Below, piece by piece: positions 55,822 through 64,000 of a stretch of DNA of 64,000 nucleotides (its first letter is position 1; the number at the start of each line of letters is the position of its first letter). The notes beneath the pieces are model-generated. The model saw only the letters and a list, made by a program, of their open reading frames with translations, was not told the origin of the DNA and did no database searches. This DNA is from Octopus vulgaris (Eukaryota), in NCBI GenBank assembly GCA_951406725.2, contig OX597821.1, forward strand, positions 36,270,001 through 36,334,000, read 5' to 3'. Made by a program: the position numbers and the translations under genes.

Positions 55822-58305
55822 TCATCTGATGGTCTCAATGGTTCTTAGGGCTTTGCTATCGAAGCCATCGATCCTCTTTGCCAGGGTCTTCGAGGGGACT
55901 GATGCATAGAGGATAACGAAAAGGACCGACGCGTTGTAGATGCGAAGCTTCGTCTTCTGGGACATAGAGCAGCGGCACCAGAGCAGCTTCCATAGGGAGT
56001 ACATGATCCCAGCAGCCAGACCACATCTGTGGTTGATTACCGAGATCAGCTCTCCATTGTTCGTGATTGTGGAACCCAGATAGGTGAAGTAACTGACAAA
56101 CTCCACAACGTCGGGGCCAATACAGAGTGTGGGAGGATCCGGGCCATTTCCGACATGCATTAGCTTGGTCCTTCCCTGAAGTGGTCGATCATAGGGTTGT
56201 ATTGTCCGTATACTCAAGGTCAGTGAGGCAGTAATCCCCGAAAGTAACGCAAAAGACTTACTCATTCATCTTGGTCATCAGATAATCGATGACACAGTTG
56301 AAGAGGTCGAGGCGGCCACTCATCCCCGTCTAACTCCGCTGTTCTTGGGAAACTAGTCAGAGTCCTTCCCGTTCTCCTGCATGCAGCTCTCGGCACTGCT
56401 ATAGAGCCGTTGGAATAGGGTGGAGCTCGAGAACTTTCGATCTTGAGGTCGACGAAAGCGATGTAGAGGTGGTGATCTTTGCAGAACTCCCGAGATCTGT
56501 CAATGAAGGGACGAAGGGCAAACATGTGATCGGTGGTAGATCGGTTCTGCGTGATTCTGGTTTGAGGTGTGGCGCTTACTTCTAATGGCAGTAAGAACAC
56601 GGTTGAGGAGGATCTTTGTGAAGAGCTTACCCAGAATGGAGAGGAGGGTGGTGCCCCTGTGGTTGCCGCAGACGAGATTATCGCCGTTATGTTTCCAGAA
56701 GTTGAAGATGATGCTCTGGGTCCAGTCATTTTGGAGTTGCTCTGACACCCATACATGGTTGATGATGCGAGTGAATCACTGGATCGTGTTTTCTCCGCCT
56801 GCCTTCAACATCTCTGTAATGATAGTGCAGAATTAGGGGCTTTGTGGTTGTTGAACTTTTCCTTGGCGGTACTGACTTCATCGGGAATGACAGGATCGAG
56901 TCTGCATGTATCATTGCTTGCGGCTGTGTCTGCAGTGATGGCTAGGCTGGGATGAATTGTGTTGTGGTGAAACACTGACACCCCTGTGAGATAGCAAGTG
57001 AACTGTCCTAAACCTTACAAAGGCGCATGCTACTGACTCTGCGTTTGAGAGGGCGCTGAAGAAATCTAGGAATGAGCTACTAGCTGATACTGCATTGCCG
57101 CAATTCTTAAGTGTTTACCGAATAACAACTAACCCCAACACCACTTCAAGTATGTTGCCAGCTGAACTAATGTTCGCCAGGAAAGTCAGGTCAGTGCTTG
57201 ACAAATTGCTACTGAGAAGAAAAGAGAAAATGTAGAGAAACAACGAAAATAAGACAAAATTCTTCAAAATAGGTGACAATATGTTTTTTTTTAATATACA
57301 GAAATAGAAAGGAAAGTTGGGGAGAAGGTATAATAAGTAAACGCTTAGGAAAAATAGCGTACATTGTAAAAGGCCATACGTGGGAACACAAAAGACGTTT
57401 AAACTAAGTGAAAAAATAGTCTATGGAAGAAAGAATAAGACATGAAGAACCAATGGAATTTCTTTATGACATTTTTTACGACCTGGTACCTCAAGGAATA
57501 GTCTAACCAACGAGTACATCGACTAGGAAAAGAAAACAAACAGAACTTTTGCAAGCAGAGCCAAACAGAAAAAATATTCCAATTTCTTCCCGGAGAATTA
57601 AGAAAAAAAAGGGGGGCTGGTAAGTATATCATAAACAAACTTCCAAGGAAAGTCAAGCTCAAAAAGGAGAGATGTTGTGGGGAAATCCTGACACGCCTGT
57701 GGGATAGCAAGTGAACTGTCCTAAACCTTATAAAGACGCATGCGTACTGACAGTGACGTAGAATGTGGTGTGTGCAGTCGTAGAAGTCGTTAAGAAGAGA
57801 TATAAGTTTGTTACGTGTTTGTTACTGATTTAGTTTTTGTAGTGTTATAACACTGTTACAGTTTAGTCTATATCCAAACTCAAGGATATAAGGGATTGAG
57901 ATAGGTGGAGAAGAAGGCTGAAGTGCTACTTCCAGCGTTGGAGGCAGGCGGTTTCAGTGATGATGATGTTGCCATTGGTATCCTTCACCAGGATTGTCTT
58001 CAACTGGAGATCAGCACGGGCTTAGAAGAGCATGTTGAATATCTGGCTGATGTAGTTGTTTCTTGCTCTCGGTTTCTTCCGCCCAGAATTTCTCCCGATC
58101 ATCTTCGATAGCACTGTTGCGTATCCGGCGTCCGCGATGAAATCCAGGGCCGCTTGTGAAGAAGTACTGAGTTTACCAGGACATTACGTGTAAGACAGGT
58201 TGACGCTTGATAGGAAGATCTCTCAATTTCAGTCTCATTTCGGTCAAGGCGCTGAAGCGATTGGTGATTGAGCATGTGAATGTTGGGGCGATGTTGTGTT
58301 TGCAG
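55822..58305 (-). mobile_element. RTE-clade LINE remnant split by an insertion
   Basis: LQRWK*HFS (about 57930), CGNHRGTTLLSILGKLF, RSTTDHMFALR, YIAFVDLK, FTYLGS, TKLRIYNA. Confidence 0.85.
56960..57900 (+). mobile_element. LTR-retroelement-like insert inside the RTE
   Basis: Two ~78-bp direct repeats starting TGTTGTGG (56960 and 57673). The second is preceded by the purine tract AAAAAGGAGAGA. Confidence 0.5.
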
Positions 58306-58334
58306 ACGTAATAATAATAATAATAATAATAATC

Positions 58335-58748
58335 ATTTCTACTATAGGCACAAAGCCTGACATTTTGGGGGCGGTTTTAATCGATTACACCGACTCCAGT
58401 GTTTCACTGGTACTTAACTTATCGATCCCGAAAGGATGAAAGAAAAAAGTCGACCCCGCGACTCCGGCGGAATTTGAACTCAAAATGTAAAGACGGGCGA
58501 AATGCCAATAAGCATTTCGCCTGGCGTGCTAACGATTCTGCCAGCTCGCCACATGATTTTTTTTGTGCAAGTTGACTCCATGTCTCACCCAGAGACCTCA
58601 AGAGACAGCAAGTTAGAAGTTGGTGTTATGCCTATGGAATCATATATTTGGTTTTGCGTATAGTATTGTTCTGGAGAATTCAGAAAGCAAAAGAAAGTTT
58701 TAAGTTTCTGATTATCATCATCATCATCATTATTATTATTATTATTTT

Positions 58749-58810
<62 letters not shown>

Positions 58811-58987
58811 TTCCTGAAATTTGATTATACTAACATCAGCATTTTTCTAATATTTAATTTATCGACACCGAAAGGATGAAAGGCAAAGCTGACACCGGCG
58901 GAATTTGAACTCAGAACGTAGCGACGGGTGAAATACCACAAAGCATTTCGTCCAGCGTGCTAACGATTGTGCCAGTTCGCCGCCTTC

Positions 58988-59071
<84 letters not shown>

Positions 59072-59335
59072 GTAACCCTTTCTATTATAGTACCTATAGT
59101 AGAAGGAACTATTTTCAAGCGGCGAGCAAGCCTGATTGTTAACATGCTGGGCAAAATGCTTAGTATCCTGTCTTCCGCCTTTACATTCTGAATTCTTATT
59201 CCGCCGAGACCGACTTTACTTTTTGTCCCTTAAGAGCGGATAAAATAAGTGTTAGTTGATCACTGAATTCGATGTAATCGAGTAGCCCTTTCCCCGAAAT
59301 TTCAGGCCTTTTGCCAATAGTAGAAAGGATTATTA
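58335..59335. mobile_element. Three SINE family A copies among (TAA)n/(AAC)n tracts
   Basis: 58335-58551 (-), 58855-58985 (-), 59118-59335 (+). Confidence 0.8.
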
Positions 59336-59339
59336 TTTA

Positions 59340-59570
59340 TGGTTCGATCTTATTCCTGGTAGAATTTATGTAGGTATAGGGTTACTTACCTTAAACTTAG
59401 TTACTCACAAGCTTTCAGTAGTCTTTCAAATGTTTAAAACCCTCTTAATAATCTTTATTGTTCCTAAGAGGCAAACTTTCTGTAGAAGCTCTGAAGTACA
59501 TTCTATTCCAGTCTCCTTCAACCATTGGTCTATATCTTTACTTATAGCTCTCTATGCACCGGTTATTAGA
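59340..59570 (-). mobile_element. Diverged R4/Dong 3' fragment
   Basis: Minus translation ELLQKVCLLGTIKIIKRVLNI*. Confidence 0.6.
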
Positions 59571-59796
59571 GGCAAAACCTGTACAGTTTTCAAACTGTAT
59601 TATCATTATTATTATTATTATTATTATCATTCAGTAGTTTTATTTTTATAACGTGCTTTCACTTCACTACCGAGCGCAGCTCTGTGTGCCTTGGGTATGT
59701 GCTGTGATTTGTTGTGATGCTCTGATGGTTACTGTATTGAAAGTGTTCTGCGTAGGATGTGTGCAGTGCCTAGTAGTGGCAATTTTCTGTATGTTA

Positions 59797-61088
59797 CGAG
59801 GGGCGTTCAATAAGTAATGCCTCTGAGCCACTTGCAGTTGTTTGATCTAGCTGAAATTTTGCATGTGCAATTATTTATATCTCTATAGATTAAATGGAAA
59901 ATTACAGCTCTTAACTAATTGTGGTTTCCGATTTACAGGTGTTTGAACTGAGTCACGTGTGAAATGGAGCCTGTTGAGTGTCGAGCAGTGATCCGGTTTT
60001 TGTATTTGAAAGGACGCACACCACGGGAGACTTTTGATGAAATGAAAGTAACTTATGGTGATGATGCCCCATCATATTACCTTGTAAAACGCTGGCATCG
60101 TGAATTCAAACATGGTCGGAACTCTGTGGAAACAGCTCCCAGATCTGGTCGCCCCCTTCTGCCATTGATGAGGCATCTGTCTGTCAAGTTGAGGCTGCCA
60201 TTTTGAAAGATCGACGCATGACTATTCGCCAAATAGCCCATGAGGTCACGATTAGTACCGGGTCTGTGGAAACTATCATTCATGACCATTTGCATATGCA
60301 AAAGGTGTCTGCCAGATGGATTCCCAGGTTGCTCACACCTTTCCAGAAGCAAGAACGCGTCGATTGCTCGAGGATGAATTTGGAGATGTGCCAAGAAGAT
60401 GAGTCAAAATTTTTCAAAAGACTGATTGCATAGGATAAAACCTGGGTCCATCACTATGATCCAGAGACCAAAGCCCAGTCAATGCAGTGGAAGCACCGTG
60501 ACTCACCTCCTCCAAAGAAGGCAAGGGTGCGGCCCTCCGCTGGCAAGGTCATGCTTACAGTCTTCTGGGACCAGGACGGAGTAGTGAAGACAGATTTCCT
60601 GGCAAAGGGTGCCACAATTACAGGAGTCTATTATGCTTCACTTTTGAAGAAATTAAGAGAAGCTATCAAAATCAAGAGGCGGGGCAAGATCAGCAAAAGC
60701 ATCCTCCTCCTGCAGGACAACGCTCCGATCCACAACTCGTGTGTCGCCAGATCAGAAGCACAGGCGTGCGGCTATGAACTCATCCCCCATTCCCCTTACT
60801 CTCCTGACCTTGCACCCTCTGATTTTCACCTCTTCCCAGCCATGAAGTTGTTTTTGAAAGGAAAGCGTTTCCCAGATGATGCAGCCTTGATTTCTGAAGT
60901 CACGTCGTGGTTGGAGGACCAAGCTGGGGTCTTCTACAAAAACGGTCTTCAGAGCTGCATCAAACGATGGGAGAAATGCGTAACTCTGGGTGGTTCCTAT
61001 GTAGAAAAAGACTAATAACTGTTCCAAGTTTCGTTGCTCTACTGCTATGGGAAGTGGGTCAGGGGCATTACTTATTGAACGCCCCTCG
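59797..61088 (+). mobile_element. Full-length mariner (DD34D, irritans-like), 1292 bp
   Basis: TIRs CGAGGGGCGTTCAATAAGTAATGCC, TA TSDs, motifs WIPRLL, DKTWVHHYDPE, LLQDNAP, YSPDLAPSD. Confidence 0.95.
59964..61015 (+). pseudogene. mariner transposase with one frameshift (about 60160) and one in-frame TAG (60431-60433)
   Basis: Three consecutive ORF pieces reconstruct a ~350-aa transposase. Confidence 0.9.
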
Positions 61089-61137
61089 TATATGTGTTTG
61101 TAAGTCCTGATGTTTTTGTTATGTATTTGTCTGAATA

Positions 61138-61219
<82 letters not shown>

Positions 61220-61271
61220 TATTATTATTTATTATTATTATTTTTTAATTTTTTTATCATCATCATTATCA

Positions 61272-61317
<46 letters not shown>

Positions 61318-61418
61318 CATTATTATCATTATTATTATTATTATTATATAAAGGATTGAGGTAACTCCTCCTGAAGATATAGAGTTAAAATTAAAAGAAG
61401 AGTGCCATTGTTATCTAG

Positions 61419-61459
61419 TGAACAATATTTCGACATCTCGTGTGTCTTCAACTGGTTCA
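61419..61459 (-). ncRNA. Hammerhead-like motif, U4A/A6U variant
   Basis: TGAAC CAGTTGA A GACA cacgaga TGTC GAAA TA TT| GTTCA. Perfect 5-bp stem I and 4-bp stem II. Confidence 0.55.
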
Positions 61460-61835
61460 AAAAATAAATTTGTCAATCTACATCATTTTGGTTAATATAT
61501 AAAGGATTCCTTTCAACACATGGCTATGATGCTCCCCCACTACTTCTGCTCATGATCATGTTGTCAGCCACTATGAGACATGGTCAACTGGTTAAGGTCA
61601 AACAACTGACAAGCAAATCTGTGGTATTGAGCAGAATATTTGTTATAGCCCATTTTTTATACCAAGACAAAATAATGTACTTATTAGTATTATTATTATT
61701 ATTATTACTATTTTTTTTTATCATTATTATTATCATTATTATTATTATCATCATCATCATTACTATTATTATTATTATTATTATTATTTAATTTTTTATC
61801 ATTATTATTATTATCATCATCATCATCATCATTCC

Positions 61836-61872
<37 letters not shown>

Positions 61873-61940
61873 ATTATTTAATTTTTTATCATTATTATTA
61901 TCATCATCATCATCATCATTACTATTATTATTATCATTAC

Positions 61941-61974
<34 letters not shown>

Positions 61975-62032
61975 GTTATTATTATTATTTCATTTTTATC
62001 ATTATTATTATTATCATCACCATCATCATTAC

Positions 62033-62062
<30 letters not shown>

Positions 62063-62063
<1 letters not shown>

Positions 62064-62667
62064 GAGTGAGAGAGCAGTTCATGCCATCAAAGTGACACTG
62101 GGGTAAAATATACCCAGCCCAATATACCCATCATGACTACCCGTCTGATAAAGGTACACCAGGCACATGCATCACAACCATATGTGCGCGACATGGTGAT
62201 CTCATATCAAGATAAACAGCACATGACCTTGCAGGTGGGGCCCAGTTAGAATTTTCTTCAGGTTGAGTAGCCCATCCCGCTCAAAAGGTACTTGAATAAG
62301 GGTTGTTTAAGGATGTTTAAAGAACCACCCATGTTTCCAGAGGTGAACTATTCAAACCCCAAAGAATCCCTCTCAACACATGGCTATGATGCTCCCCCAC
62401 TACTTCTGCTCGTGATCAGAGATGCACATATCGTCAGCCACTAAGGGACATGCTCAACTGGTTAAGGTCAAACAACTGACAAGCAAATCTGTGGTATTGA
62501 GCAGAATATTTGCTGTAGCCCATCTTTTATACCAAGACAAAACAATGTACATGATAACACTTCCAATCAGTTAAGATCAGAAGCCATGAGAGCCACTGCC
62601 TGGTACTGCATCAGGGCATTTGATGCTCCCCCACTACTTCTGCTCGTGATCAGAGATGCACATATCG

Positions 62668-62670
<3 letters not shown>
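62063..62670 (-). mobile_element. TAA-associated ~560-bp interspersed repeat (longest copy) plus short internal re-duplication
   Basis: Fragments also at 2863, 3930, 12985 and 61513. Bounded by (ATT)n. Confidence 0.8.
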
Positions 62671-62741
<71 letters not shown>

Positions 62742-62795
62742 TATCATTATTATTATTATCATTATTATTATTATAATCATCATCATCATCATTAC

Positions 62796-62870
<75 letters not shown>

Positions 62871-62892
62871 CATCATTATTATTATTATTATT

Positions 62893-64000
62893 CAGTAGTT
62901 TTATTTTTATTTTTATAGCGTGCTTTCACTTCACTACCGAGCGCAGCTCTGTGTGCCTTGGGTATGTGCTGTGATTTGTTGTGATGCTCTGATGGTTATT
63001 GTATGGAAAGTGTTCTGCGTAGGATGTGTGCAGTGCCTAGTAGTGCAATTTTCTGTATGTTATATGTGTTTGTAAGTCCTGGTGTTTTTGTTATGTATTT
63101 GTCTGAATATTTTTTTATCATGCCTAATGCACCTACTATGATAGGAATTGTTTCTGTTTTCAGATTCCACATTCTAGTTACCTCTATTTCCAGGTCTTTG
63201 TATTTTGAGAGTTTCTCCATTTCTTTTAGAGACACGTTGTCATCTGCCGGTACTGATACATCAATTAGAAAGCATTTTTTTCTTCATGGTCTCTGACAAC
63301 TATATCTGGTCTGTTGGCCTTAATTTCTCTATCTGTGTGTATCGGCATATCCCAGAGTATGGTTGCTTTCTCGTTTTCTGTGACCTTTTCTGGTGTGTGC
63401 CTATACCATCTTTTTTCTGTTGTTATTCCATAATGTTGGCATAGCTTCCAATGTATGTAAGTTCCAACTCTGTCATGTCTGTGAATATATTCCTTCTTAG
63501 CCAGGACTGGGCAGCTAGAGATAATATGATTTATTGTTTCTTGTCCATCTCCACATATTCTGCAGTTACTTGTAATATTTCTTTTCATTACATGTTTTTG
63601 GTAATTTCTGGTGGGGAGGCTTTGGTCTTGTGCTGCAATTAAAAATCCCTCTGTTTCTGCTTTGAGTCCTGAGCTTCTCAACCATTGCTGGGATTTTTCT
63701 TTGTCTATTTCTTTTGCGTTTAGTTTAGTCCAGTATTTACCATGAAGGGGCTTTTCTTGCCATCGTTTTATCATGGTTCGTTGCTGTTCTATTTTTAGTT
63801 TGGATTTCATTTTTTTTATAGCTTTTGTTGTTTCTTCATCTTCTTCTTCTTCTTCATGTTTATTAGGTGGTATGATTTCTTGTTTGTATTTGTCAGCTTC
63901 CTTAAATACTGAGAACAGTTTTTTGTTTTGCTCGTGTTTTGCCGCTATCTGGATCAGTTTTCCTTCCTTCTGAAGTAGATATTTTTGCAGTCCTATGGTG
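62893..64000 (-). mobile_element. R4/Dong-clade LINE 3' part (zinc knuckle plus RLE), runs off the window
   Basis: CRICG...ETINHIISSCP...HRHD, RPDIV, EKLSKYKDL, QKIALLGTAHILR. 3' end joined to (TAA)n. Confidence 0.92.

Larger units (their letters stand above)
59632..61140 (-). mobile_element. R4/Dong 3' end fragment interrupted by the mariner
   Basis: 59632-59796 plus 61091-61140 match 62893-63110 across the TA insertion site. Confidence 0.85.

Noticed and set aside
61680-62062. CRISPR-like or coded periodic array
   Set aside because: It is a higher-order expansion of ATT/ATC microsatellite with no unique spacers, in a eukaryotic context.

Overview
AT-rich, microsatellite-saturated eukaryotic DNA. 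It is intronic or intergenic, and the SINE/repeat repertoire suggests an octopus (coleoid cephalopod) genome; that assignment is an inference. No intact host protein-coding gene can be supported, and nearly all ORF-track entries are translations of (TA)n, (CA)n, (TAA)n or (GATA)n repeats. The window is a transposon graveyard. It holds a full-length but broken mariner, a pogo/Tigger remnant, hAT and Tc1-like fragments, Merlin-type and pogo-type MITEs, Helitrons, R4/Dong, RTE, CR1-like and Tx1-like LINE fragments, an LTR-like insert, three SINE families and Penelope-like elements (PLEs) with GIY-YIG ORFs. The main hidden signal is about 16 type-I hammerhead-ribozyme (HHR) motifs, read by eye. 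They sit in AT-rich PLE-type ends inserted in (TA)n/(TAA)n tracts, often in tandem or long palindromic arrangements. Several carry non-canonical catalytic cores (A6U four times, compensatory U3-A8 twice, C3U twice), often with intact helices.
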